Assembly: GCA_963795855.1 (NCBI GenBank)
Contig: CAWCIZ010000004.1
Span: 64,001-128,000 of the forward strand
Length of the DNA: 64,000 bases
Direction: 5' to 3'
DNA from: Vulcanimicrobiota bacterium
Lineage (GTDB): Bacteria > Vulcanimicrobiota > Vulcanimicrobiia > Vulcanimicrobiales > Vulcanimicrobiaceae
The notes below the pieces were generated by a model, which was given only the letters and a program-made list of their open reading frames with translations, ran no database searches and was not told the DNA's origin. Shown here in pieces: positions 41,208 through 50,468 of this stretch (its first letter is position 1; every line of letters begins with the position of its first letter). A program made the translations under genes and the position numbers.

Positions 41208-42016
41208 CGAACGCGCGCTATGGGGGAAAAACCGTTCTCGTCACGGGCGGCGGATCCGGTCTTGGGCGCTCGATGGCGACGGCGTTCGCGGCGGAGGGCG
41301 CAAGCGTTTGCGTAATCGGGCGGCGGCAAGGAGCGCTTGATGAAACGGTGCAACTGATCGAGCGCGCCGGGAGTACGGCATTCGCGCTCTCGTGCGATGT
41401 GCGCGACGCGGCGCGCGTCGAGGAGACCGTGCTCGAAATCGTGCGGCGCACGGGACGTCTCGACGTGCTCGTGAACAATGCTGCCGGCAACTTCATCACG
41501 CCCTCCGAAAAGCTTTCACCCAACGGCTTCAAGTCCGTCGTCGACATCGTCCTCGGCGGCACGTTCCACTGCACGCGGTACGCGTTCGAGCCGCTGCGCG
41601 CAAACCGCGGCGTCGTGCTCAACATCATCGCGACGTACGCGTGGCTCGGCGAGCCGGGCGCGCTGCATTCGGCCTGCGCGAAAGCCGGAGTGCTCGCAAT
41701 GACGCGAACGCTGGCGGCCGAGTGGGGACGATTCGGCATACGCGTGAACGCGATCGCACCCGGCCCTATCCACACGGAAGGGACTGACAAAAATCTCTGG
41801 AGCGTTGCGGACGTGGAGCGCAATGTCCAAGCGCAGGTGCCTCTCGGGCGGCTCGGCTCGCCGGAAGACGTTTCACGCGCGGCGCTTTGGCTGTGTTCGG
41901 CGGAGGCGGGCTGGGTGAGCGGCGCGGCGCTGCCGGTTGACGGCGCCCACTGGCTCGATGGCGGCACGCTGAACTTCCGCGCGGCTTACGACCGCTTCGC
42001 GAGCGAACAGGCCTGA
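41204..42016 (+). CDS. SDR oxidoreductase, 2,4-dienoyl-CoA reductase-like
   Basis: TGGGSGLG, NNAAGNF, HS..AKAGV, EWG..GIRVN.IAPGPI. Confidence 0.88.
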   Translation: MTNARYGGKTVLVTGGGSGLGRSMATAFAAEGASVCVIGRRQGALDETVQLIERAGSTAFALSCDVRDAARVEETVLEIVRRTGRLDVLVNNAAGNFITPSEKLSPNGFKSVVDIVLGGTFHCTRYAFEPLRANRGVVLNIIATYAWLGEPGALHSACAKAGVLAMTRTLAAEWGRFGIRVNAIAPGPIHTEGTDKNLWSVADVERNVQAQVPLGRLGSPEDVSRAALWLCSAEAGWVSGAALPVDGAHWLDGGTLNFRAAYDRFASEQA

Positions 42017-42076
42017 GAGGGGCGCGGTAAAAGGCGTAGCCGAAGTGGCACGTCTTCGTTAGAGTGGGGATTGCCC

Positions 42077-42508
42077 ATGTCGATTGATCAAGAGCACGCG
42101 CGCAGGCAGTGGGATAAGGAGAAATCGCATTTCGTCGAGCTGCTGGATTTGCGGCTCGAAAGCGTTTCTCACGGCCGCGCGGTCATGCGAATGCCGTATC
42201 GTTCGCAGATCTCCAATGGAACGGGCGCGGTGCACGGCGGCGCGATCGTCAGTTTGTGCGATACGTGTTTCTACGTGGCGCTCGCTTCGATTTACGGCCG
42301 CGACCAGGACACGACGACCGTAGCCCTGCAGTGCAATTATTTGGCGCCCGCATTGCCGCCGCACGATCTCATCGCCGAAGCGACCGTGCTCAAGGCTGGA
42401 CGCCGCGTCGTCTATGGTGAAGTCCACGTGCGCAGCGGCGAGAAGCTCGTGGCGCATGCAACGCTGAATTTCCTGAACAGCTACGCCGAAGAAAAACCAA
42501 AGAAATGA
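42077..42508 (+). CDS. PaaI family thioesterase
   Basis: N..G.VHGG.I..L.D; T..L..NYL.P; GR. Confidence 0.88.
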   Translation: MSIDQEHARRQWDKEKSHFVELLDLRLESVSHGRAVMRMPYRSQISNGTGAVHGGAIVSLCDTCFYVALASIYGRDQDTTTVALQCNYLAPALPPHDLIAEATVLKAGRRVVYGEVHVRSGEKLVAHATLNFLNSYAEEKPKK

Positions 42509-42676
42509 TGAGCACTTTATCGCCGCGCCCTCGGGGGCAGTTTGCGCCGGCACTACGTTGCCCGCTGAATTTTGGGCCGCAACTTGTTGGCCGGTGTTAT
42601 CGCACGTCGTATGCCGAACGGCAGGCTCACCTCCTGTTCGCTGCGTGCGCGCACCTCGGAGCGGAGCGCCTGTAGA
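42505..42676 (+). repeat. Degenerate copy of the intergenic repeat element, containing a 56-codon ORF
   Basis: CGCCCTCGGGG, GGGCCGCAAC..GTTGGCCG and GCGCGCA..CGGAGCGCCTGTAG match blocks of 44158-44365. Confidence 0.5.
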
Positions 42677-43774
42677 ATGATTCAAACAACCGCGAAGCGC
42701 ACCGCGCTTTACGACGAACACGTGCGCCGTGGCGCCCGCATGATTCCGTTCGGCGGGTTCGACATGCCGGTGCAGTATAGCAGTATTCTCAAGGAACACG
42801 AAGCGGTGCGTCACCGCGCGGGCCTGTTCGATCTCTCGCACATGGGTCAGTTCATTCTGGAGGGTGAAAACGTTGCCGCGTGGGCCGACCGCCTCACCGT
42901 CAACGCCGTGTCGACGATGAAGCCGTCGCAAGCGAGATACAACATTTTCACGAACGAGCGCGGCGGAGCTCTCGATGACGTCATCTTTTACAAACTTCCC
43001 GACCGCTGGCTGCTCGTGGTGAACGCCGGCAACGCCGATAAGATGTGGGCGCATCTGCAGGCGCGCCTTGCCGGCGGCGTGCGGCTGACGAGCCTGCACG
43101 GCCGCAACGCGCTGATTGCGATTCAAGGCCCGAAGTCCGTCGAGATGCTGAACCCGTATACCGACATCGACGTCGGCGCCCTCAAGTATTATTTCTGCGC
43201 CGAAGGCGACGTCTACGGAAAGCGTGCGATCGTCGCGCGCACCGGATACACGGGCGAAGACGGTTTCGAAATCTTCGTGGACGGCGCGCATGCGGCGGAG
43301 ATTTGGAACGCGCTGCTGCGCGACAACGAAGGCGCGGGCCTCATCGCCGCAGGCTTGGGCGCGCGCGACGTGCTGCGTCTGGAGGCCGGCATGCCGCTCT
43401 ACGGGCACGAGCTGACCGAAGAAATTACACCCCTGCAAGCCGGTTTGATCTGGGCCGTCAAACTCGGTAAACCGGAGTTCATCGGCAAGGAGGCGCTGGA
43501 GGCGCAGAACGCGGCGGACGCGTATCCGCGCATCGCCGGCATCGTCATGGACGGGCGCGCGCCGGCGCGTGAGGGCTACCACGTGTTTCAAGGCGATCGC
43601 CGCGTCGGCGAAATCCGTAGCGGTTCGATCGGCCCGTCGGTTCAAAACAAGAACATCGCAACCGCGCTCGTCGAGAAGGAAGCTTCCGCTCCGGGAACGC
43701 CGCTCGTCGTGCACATTCGCGGCACCGCGTACGGTGCAGCCGTCGTCCCGCTACCTTTCTACAAGAGGAGTTAG
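42677..43774 (+). CDS. gcvT: Glycine cleavage system aminomethyltransferase T
   Basis: RT.LY..H...GA.M..FGG..MPVQY, LFDLSHMG, RTGYTGEDGFE, GLGARD.LRLEAG..LYG. Confidence 0.97.
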   Translation: MIQTTAKRTALYDEHVRRGARMIPFGGFDMPVQYSSILKEHEAVRHRAGLFDLSHMGQFILEGENVAAWADRLTVNAVSTMKPSQARYNIFTNERGGALDDVIFYKLPDRWLLVVNAGNADKMWAHLQARLAGGVRLTSLHGRNALIAIQGPKSVEMLNPYTDIDVGALKYYFCAEGDVYGKRAIVARTGYTGEDGFEIFVDGAHAAEIWNALLRDNEGAGLIAAGLGARDVLRLEAGMPLYGHELTEEITPLQAGLIWAVKLGKPEFIGKEALEAQNAADAYPRIAGIVMDGRAPAREGYHVFQGDRRVGEIRSGSIGPSVQNKNIATALVEKEASAPGTPLVVHIRGTAYGAAVVPLPFYKRS

Positions 43775-43777
43775 AAC

Positions 43778-44157
43778 TTGGCGCAGCCCGCAGATCTGCT
43801 GTACAGCAAAGAACACGAATGGGTGAAGGTGGACGGCGACGTCGCGACCGTCGGCATTACCGATTACGCGCAGAACTCGCTCGGCGACATCGTGTACGTC
43901 GAGCTTCCGAAGGTCGGCGCGGGCGTCGCGGCGTTTTCGAGCGTCGGCGTCGTTGAATCGGTCAAGGCGGTGTCGGATCTTTTCACGCCAATCGGCGGCG
44001 AAATCGCGGAAGTAAACGGCGCGCTCGAGGACGATCCGGCGCTGGTCAATCGCGAGCCCTTCGCGGGCGGCTGGATGTTCAAGGTGAAGCTCTCCGACGG
44101 CTCGCAAACGTCCGGGCTGCTTTCCGCCGCGGACTACGGAAGCTGGTTGCGGAATGA
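43778..44157 (+). CDS. gcvH: Glycine cleavage system H protein (probable indel near 44138; ORF track ends 44173)
   Basis: YS.EHEWV, GITDYAQ..LGDIVYVELP, VESVKAVSD lipoyl-Lys; corrected end DYxKLVAE-TGA. Confidence 0.95.
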
Positions 44158-44365
44158 CTCGGGGAACGTCTAAGTCGCCGATATATTCAGGCGCCATGAC
44201 GTATTGGGGGCCCCAACGCAGTCGGCCGTTGCGCAGCGCAGGGCAGAACGCAATAATGCGGCGCCCTCGGGGAACGTCTAAGTCGCCGATATATTCAGGC
44301 GCCATGACGTATTGGGGGCCCCACGAAGTGGGGGGCGCGCAGGCTAGGCCGGAGCGCCTTTAAAC
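44158..44365 (+). repeat. Tandem 108-bp repeat (about 1.6 units plus right end) filling the gcvH-gcvPA gap
   Basis: GGGGAACGTCTAAGT at 44161 and 44269; homologous to the reverse complement of 6051-6361. Confidence 0.95.
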
Positions 44366-45726
44366 ATGTACACCCCCCACACACCCAAAGACATTCGGGA
44401 CATGCTCGAGGCAATCGGCGTGCCGTCGCTCGAGAAACTCGTGGAGGTTCCAGATGCGGTCAAACTGCGCGAGCCGCTCGATATCGTTCCGCAGCTTGCG
44501 AATCGGACATCGTGCGCCGGTTCGAGCACTTTGCGAAGAAGAACACGGGCGCGGGCCTTGTTTCATTTCTCGGCGCCGGCGCGTACCGCCATTACGCTCC
44601 CCCTGCGATCTCCGCGCTTGCAATGCGCGGCGAGTTTCTCACCGCGTATACGCCGTATCAGGCCGAAGTCTCGCAGGGGTATCTTCAGGCGATTTACGAG
44701 TGGCAGACCTACATCTGTCTGCTCACGGGCTTGGAGATCGCGAACGCTTCGGTGTACGACGGCGCGACCGCGCTCGCAGAGGCCGCGATCATGGCGCTCA
44801 ACGCGAACGGCCGCAAAAAAATGCTCGTGTCGCGTGCGGTCCATCCGAATTACCGGGCGGTGCTGAAAACGTACTGCGACGGTCTGGACGTCGTTATCGA
44901 CGAATTACCGGTGGAGGCAGACGGAACGACCGATCTCGACGCGCTTGCGGTGCGGGTCGCCGGCAAAGAGTACGCGTGCGTCGCGATCCAATCCCCGAAC
45001 TTCTTCGGAAACGTCGATTCCCCGAACGACGCGGCGCAAAGTGCGATCGACCAGAGCGGCACCGTGCTCATTGGGGTCGTCGCCGAAGCGCTCGCACTCG
45101 CTGCTTTGCGTACGCCCGCCTCGTGGGGCGCGCATATCGTCGCCGGCGAAGCGCAGAGCTTCGGCGTCGCGACGGCGTACGGCGGTCCGTACGTCGGGTT
45201 CATCGCTTGCAATAAAGATCACATGCGCCGCATTCCTGGGCGTCTCGTGGGCAAGACGCTCGACGTTCACGGCAACGAAGCATTCGTGCTGACCCTGCAA
45301 GCGCGCGAGCAACACATCCGGCGCGAGCGCGCGACGTCGAACATCTGCACCAATCAGGCGCATTGTGCGCTCATCGCGACGATGTACCTCGCGCTGATGG
45401 GCAAAACCGGCCTGCGCGACGTCGCATCGGCGAATCTCGCGCGTGCGCGCGAATTGGCGACCCGCGTCAGTTCGCTCGAAGGCTGCTCGCTGCAGTTCGA
45501 CGCGCCGTTCTTCAACGAGATCGCCGTGAACGTGCATCAGCCGGCACGAGCGGTGCTGGCGAAACTGCAAGAGCGCGGCGTGCTGGGCGGCATCGATCTC
45601 GGACGCTATTATCCTGAATACGCCGACTGCATCCTCATGGCTGCGACGGAGGTCACCACGTCGAAGGATATCCAAACGCTTTGCTCCGCTCTCCAAGAGG
45701 TCGTCAATGTCCCGGCTCGCGTCTGA
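44366..45726 (+). CDS. gcvPA: Glycine dehydrogenase subunit 1 (frameshift near 44500)
   Basis: Y.PHT..D...ML, FLGAGAY.H, EF.TAYTPYQ.E.SQG, NAS.YDG, REQHIRRE.ATSNICTNQ. Confidence 0.95.
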
Positions 45727-47209
45727 CCACACCGCCTCACCCCTCATTTTTGAACTGGGACAGGACGGCCGCGCGAACCGGTACGTCGATCGCGGTGTGC
45801 CGCTGAGCGATTTCTTACCGAAGGACGCGCTGCGCGGCGAATTGCCGCTGCCGGATAACAGCGAACTCGAAGTCGTCCGGCACTTTACGCGTCTTTCGCA
45901 GCGCACGTTCGGCATCGACGTCGGGTTCTATCCGCTCGGCTCGTGCACGATGAAATACAATCCGCGCGTCAATGACGCGATGGCGAATTTGCCGCACTTG
46001 CGCGACCTGCATCCATACACGCCGGATGAACTCGCGCAGGGCGCGCTGCAGATCATGTGGGAGCTCGAGCGGACCTTCTGCTCGCTGTTTGGCATGGCTG
46101 CGTTTTCGCTGAATCCCTCCGCCGGCGCGCACGCCGAACTCGCCGCACTTCTCATCGCGAAAGCTTATTTCAAAGATCGCGGTCAGACGCAGCGCGACAA
46201 AGTCATCGTCCCGGATACGGCGCACGGAACAAACCCCGCATCGGCCGCGATGTGCGGGTTCAAGGTGATCTCGCTCAAGAGCGACGAGCGGGGGCGCGTC
46301 AGCGTCGAGGAGCTGCGAAAGGTCGTCGGTCCCGATACCGCGGTCTGCATGATGACGAACCCGAACACCTTAGGTCTCTTCGAAGATCACATCCACGAGA
46401 TCACCAAGGTCGTGCATGACGTCGGCGGCTTGATGTATTACGACGGAGCGAACGCGAATGCGCTGATGGGTAACGCGCGTCCCGGCGACATGGGATTCGA
46501 TCTCATGCACCTGAATACGCATAAGACGTTTACCATTCCGCATGGCGGCGGCGGCGCGGGTCATGGCCCGGTCGGTGTGGCCGCGCATCTTGCCGAGTTC
46601 TTGCCGACGCCGTACGTTCGGGCGCACGCCAAACGCGATGCCGGCCAAAACGCCTCGCCCAGCGACCGCATGGAATTCAGTCTGGATTTCGACCGCCCCA
46701 AGTCCATCGGGCCGATGCGGTCGTTCTGGTCGAACTTCGCGCATGCGGTTCGCGCACTCGCATACATTTATGCAAACGGCGCAGAAGGCTTGACGCAAGT
46801 CTCGCAACTCGCCGTGCTCAACGCAAACTACGTGCGCGTAAAAGTGCGTGACTTCTTGGACACGCCGTACGATGAAATCTGCCGGCACGAATTCGTCGCG
46901 TCCGCGCAAGATCTCAAAAGGGAAACCGGCGTGCGCGCGCTCGACATCGCGAAGGCCCTGCTCGATCGCGGATTCATGGCACCCACGATGTATTTTCCGC
47001 TCATCGTTCCCGAGTGTTTGATGATCGAGCCGACGGAAACCGAATCCAAAGAGACGCTGGACGCGTTCATCGAAGCCTTGCGCGGCATCGTCGAAACCGC
47101 GAAGACCGATCCGGACAGCGTGATGGCCGCTCCACAGAACACGGTCGTCGGCCGGCTCGACGAAACGCGCGCGGCGCGCCAGCCCGATCTGCGGTGGGTG
47201 CCCGGCTAG
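45707..47209 (+). CDS. gcvPB: Glycine dehydrogenase subunit 2
   Basis: YPLGSCTMKYNP, AHGTNPASA, YYDGAN.NA, HLN.HKTF..PHGGGG, MIEPTETESK. Confidence 0.97.
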   Translation: MSRLASDHTASPLIFELGQDGRANRYVDRGVPLSDFLPKDALRGELPLPDNSELEVVRHFTRLSQRTFGIDVGFYPLGSCTMKYNPRVNDAMANLPHLRDLHPYTPDELAQGALQIMWELERTFCSLFGMAAFSLNPSAGAHAELAALLIAKAYFKDRGQTQRDKVIVPDTAHGTNPASAAMCGFKVISLKSDERGRVSVEELRKVVGPDTAVCMMTNPNTLGLFEDHIHEITKVVHDVGGLMYYDGANANALMGNARPGDMGFDLMHLNTHKTFTIPHGGGGAGHGPVGVAAHLAEFLPTPYVRAHAKRDAGQNASPSDRMEFSLDFDRPKSIGPMRSFWSNFAHAVRALAYIYANGAEGLTQVSQLAVLNANYVRVKVRDFLDTPYDEICRHEFVASAQDLKRETGVRALDIAKALLDRGFMAPTMYFPLIVPECLMIEPTETESKETLDAFIEALRGIVETAKTDPDSVMAAPQNTVVGRLDETRAARQPDLRWVPG

Positions 47210-47244
47210 CCGATCATTTGCGCAGACGGGGCACTAACCGCCGT

Positions 47245-47808
47245 ATGCGTCAACGCGGATTCACGCTCGTCGAAGTCGCCGTAGCGGCGGCGATCCTCGC
47301 GGTCGCCGCTGCCGCTTTTTGCGGGCTTTCGCAGGCGACGCGGACGTTCGGTGCGCGCTCGGCGATAACGCAATTCGACGCGGCGCTTTCCTACGCTCAA
47401 TCGCTCGCGCGAAGCAGCGGCAATGGTGCGACGCTGGTGTTCGATAAGCGCACGCTGGCCGACGGAAGCGCAGCGCCCGGTTTCGTTCTAAGGATTTACG
47501 CCGGACGCCCTACGGCCGCCGGTGCGCTGACGAGCGCCTCGGTTCCGCCGATCGACTCCGTCGCTACCGTATCGGAGCCGGTTTTGGGAAGCGTGCCGTT
47601 CACGCTCTTCCTCAACGGCTCGGGGCATGCCAGCGGGATGTCCGGGAAAATCGAAGCAGGCACGGTTCTCGGCGCGGACCCCGGCTGTCCGGCCGGGGAG
47701 GCAAGCATCACGCTTGCATTTTCCGTCCCGGCATTGACGGCGGCTCGCACGCTGCCGTGCAGCCAAGCGGTCGCAGGGGCACCCGCCGGCCCGTCGCCGC
47801 TCCCCTGA
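47245..47808 (+). CDS. Prepilin/pseudopilin with type IV N-terminal cleavage motif
   Basis: MRQRG/FTLVE plus hydrophobic helix; C-terminal Cys pair. Confidence 0.75.
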   Translation: MRQRGFTLVEVAVAAAILAVAAAAFCGLSQATRTFGARSAITQFDAALSYAQSLARSSGNGATLVFDKRTLADGSAAPGFVLRIYAGRPTAAGALTSASVPPIDSVATVSEPVLGSVPFTLFLNGSGHASGMSGKIEAGTVLGADPGCPAGEASITLAFSVPALTAARTLPCSQAVAGAPAGPSPLP

Positions 47809-47924
47809 AACGGGGGAAAAGGGGACCCCTGCTCGTGCGGCCTTCTTGGACCTCTCCGCTATAATTGAAAGTAATCAGAAGGCGCCGCTGGCTGGCGCCT
47901 TTGGAGTCCTCAGGGGCCATATCG

Positions 47925-48404
47925 ATGCGAATCAAATACGAGGTTTCCGCCGGCGGGCTGGTGCTGCGCCGGCGCGAGTCTACGTACGATGCCTTGCTCA
48001 TCGGACGCGGAACGCCGCGTATTTGGACGCTGCCCAAAGGTCACGTCGAAGCCCGCGAGTCGTACGAGCAAGCAGCGCTGCGCGAAGTGCGCGAAGAAAC
48101 CGGCTGCTGGGCCGAGATCATCACCAAACTGAACGACATCGCCTACTGGTTTTATCTGAACCGCGCCAAGCACAAGAAATCCGTAACCTTCTATCTCATG
48201 CGCTATCTTTCGGGCGACACCGCCAACCACGATCACGAGGTCGATGAGGCACGCTGGTTCGATATCGTACAAGCCAAGAAGGCGCTGAAGTACGTGAACG
48301 AAAAGCGCCTGACGGACTTGGGCATGGAATACGTCATGGCCAATCCCACCGCATTCGGCGACGTGCCAATCGTCGCGAGGACAGCAGAACAGAGAACCTC
48401 TTGA
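47925..48404 (+). CDS. NUDIX hydrolase
   Basis: W.LPKG.VE..ES...AALREVREETG Nudix box. Confidence 0.92.
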   Translation: MRIKYEVSAGGLVLRRRESTYDALLIGRGTPRIWTLPKGHVEARESYEQAALREVREETGCWAEIITKLNDIAYWFYLNRAKHKKSVTFYLMRYLSGDTANHDHEVDEARWFDIVQAKKALKYVNEKRLTDLGMEYVMANPTAFGDVPIVARTAEQRTS

Positions 48405-48420
48405 GCGAACACGCCCCGGG

Positions 48421-49194
48421 ATGATGCAGCCCGATCTGATGACGGCGCCGGAGCAAGACAACCAGAACCAGCTGCGCGTCAGTTTGGAAGTCTTTGACGG
48501 ACCGCTCGACTTGCTTTTGAGTTTGGTGAAAGAACGCCAGCTCGATATTGCGACAGTACCGCTTGCCGCCGTGGCCGAGCAGTACTTGACGTACGTTTCG
48601 ATGATGGAATCGCTCGACGTCGAGGTTGCGGCGGAATATCTGGTAATCGCGGCGACGCTGGTTTTCCTCAAGTCGAAAGCGCTGCTTCCGCCCATTCCAT
48701 CGGAGTTTCAGGACGAAGAAGCGGAAACGCCGGAACAAGTCGAGGAGCGGCTGCGGCAGCGCCTTATCGCCTATTCGAAATATCGCGAGGTCGGTGAGGA
48801 ACTGCGATCGCGGCAACTCGAAGCGTCGTCGTACTACTACCGCGACACCGGAGATCCCGTCAGCGAACTGCGCCAGCGCTATCGCGTCGATCCGGAGAAG
48901 CTCAGCCGCGCGTTCGTCGCGATGCTGCGCAGCGCGCGCCCGGAGAAGCGAACCATCGCCCGGGAGCGGCTTTCGCTCATGGCTTCGATGGATTACATCA
49001 TGCGCAAGGTGCGTGAAGACGGCGAGGCGCTGTTTTCGGCGCTTTGCAAGGAACTCGGCATGACGCGCGACTCGATAATCGTGACGTTCTTGGCGATTCT
49101 CGAATTGATCCGCCGCCGCCGCGTTTCGTACGACCAGCCCGAACCCTTCGACGACATCCGCATTCTGCCCATCACCGCATCCGCAAGCAACTAA
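48421..49194 (+). CDS. scpA: Segregation and condensation protein A
   Basis: L..FDGPLDLLL.L, AAEYLV.AA.L..LKS..LLP, IVTFLAILEL. Confidence 0.95.
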   Translation: MMQPDLMTAPEQDNQNQLRVSLEVFDGPLDLLLSLVKERQLDIATVPLAAVAEQYLTYVSMMESLDVEVAAEYLVIAATLVFLKSKALLPPIPSEFQDEEAETPEQVEERLRQRLIAYSKYREVGEELRSRQLEASSYYYRDTGDPVSELRQRYRVDPEKLSRAFVAMLRSARPEKRTIARERLSLMASMDYIMRKVREDGEALFSALCKELGMTRDSIIVTFLAILELIRRRRVSYDQPEPFDDIRILPITASASN

Positions 49195-49824
49195 GTGAAC
49201 ACGACAAAAGACGTCATTTCCAACGAAGAAGCGCAAGAACCGCAGGACATGGATGCCGCAGCCGAACGGCTGCATTCGCGCGTCGAAGCCTTGCTGTTCG
49301 TCGCCAGCGAAGCGCTCACAATCAAGCAGATCGCCAAACTGACGCACGCCGGCGAGATGGAAATAGCCGCGACGCTTCAGCGGATAGAGGATGACTTCGC
49401 CGATCGCGGGATCGTCCTGCGCGAGATCGCCGGCGGCTACCGCTTCGCCAGCGCGCCCGCCGCGCGCGACGTCGTCGAGGCGTACTTACTTCCGCCGAAA
49501 ACGAGTCTCTCGACGCCGGCACTTGAAACGCTTGCGATCGTTGCGTACATGCAGCCCGTTACGAAGAGCGAGATCGAGGCGATTCGCGGCGTCGCTTCGG
49601 ACAGCGTCGTATCCACGCTGCTGGATCGTGCGCTCGTCACGGAAGCCGGGCGCAAAGACGTGGTCGGGCGTCCGATGCTGTACAAGACGACGCCGGAATT
49701 TCTCGAGTCGTTCGGGTTGCGTTCGCTCGACGATCTGCCGCCGATGGAACTCGAAGCCGGTCAGCCGCTCGAATTGGATCTGCTCACGGCGAATATCACG
49801 GCGAACGTCCCGGCGCAGGATTAG
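49195..49824 (+). CDS. scpB: Segregation and condensation protein B
   Basis: EALLF, LS..ALETLAIVAY.QPVT..EIE.IRGV, GRP.LY.TT..FL..FGL.SL..LP. Confidence 0.96.
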   Translation: MNTTKDVISNEEAQEPQDMDAAAERLHSRVEALLFVASEALTIKQIAKLTHAGEMEIAATLQRIEDDFADRGIVLREIAGGYRFASAPAARDVVEAYLLPPKTSLSTPALETLAIVAYMQPVTKSEIEAIRGVASDSVVSTLLDRALVTEAGRKDVVGRPMLYKTTPEFLESFGLRSLDDLPPMELEAGQPLELDLLTANITANVPAQD

Positions 49825-50462
49825 TGACCGCCCGCGCGCAGTATTCGAACGAGCTTTACGAGACCATCGCGCAGTTCGGACTGCGTGGCGGCGCCACGAT
49901 CTTGGACGCGGGCTCGGCAGACGCGGCGGCCGGCGAGCCGTTCGCGGCGAACGGACTCATGCTTACACGCGCCGATCGAGCGGAGCCGCTGTCGTTTCCC
50001 GACGAGCGTTTCGACGCCGTGATCAGCGCCCAGGCGTATCACCGCGTCGATCGTGCGCGCGCGCTCGCGGAAGCGTTTCGGGTGCTGCGGTCCGGCGGCA
50101 CGATCGCCGTGTGGTGGAAGCGACTGATGGCGTCGGATCCGGTGAAGAACGCTCGCGACGAACTGTTTGCGCGCTTCGGTAAGGCACCGGTGGAAGACGT
50201 CCTAACCGGCGGCTTCAAAGAATTCTACGCCTCGCGTTTCACGCAGCAGACGCTGCGGGTTCTACCGTGGCGCGCCGCGACGCCGGTCGACGAGTACGTT
50301 GCCGGAGAACGATCGCAAAGCACGGTTCGCGCGGCGCTCGGCGCCCAGTGCGACGAGTATATCCGCTCGCTCGAAAACCGCGTGCGCGAAATAGCGGGCG
50401 CGGGCAGCGCGACGATATCGCCGGCATACGTTCAATACCTTTACTTGGCGAAAAAACCGTAG
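49824..50462 (+). CDS. Class I SAM-dependent methyltransferase-like protein
   Basis: ILDAG (degenerate motif I), L.F.D..FD.V.S.QA.H, E..RVL..GG. Confidence 0.7.
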   Translation: MTARAQYSNELYETIAQFGLRGGATILDAGSADAAAGEPFAANGLMLTRADRAEPLSFPDERFDAVISAQAYHRVDRARALAEAFRVLRSGGTIAVWWKRLMASDPVKNARDELFARFGKAPVEDVLTGGFKEFYASRFTQQTLRVLPWRAATPVDEYVAGERSQSTVRAALGAQCDEYIRSLENRVREIAGAGSATISPAYVQYLYLAKKP

Positions 50463-50468
50463 GCAAGA

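Noticed and set aside
44158..44173. Repeat donating the gcvH stop codon (..DSGNV-TAA)
   Set aside because: A one-base indel near 44138 restores a typical GcvH end (DYxKLVAE-TGA at 44157), so the extension is probably an artefact
43751..44305. Antisense ORF with kinase-like YVMAPEY motif
   Set aside because: It is the reverse translation of the repeat plus gcvH antisense; the other locus reads FMAPKY and hits stops, so coincidence is likely
44158..44365. Tandem glycine riboswitch (CGCCGA..TCAGG resemblance, gcv context)
   Set aside because: Lies inside the operon, lacks the GGAGA/GAAG core, and those bases differ in the homologous copy at 6.1-6.3 kb
47817..47832. AAAAGGGG(N)CCCCTGC mini-palindrome also at 63879-63895
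   Set aside because: Only two short low-complexity matches; cannot be distinguished from chance
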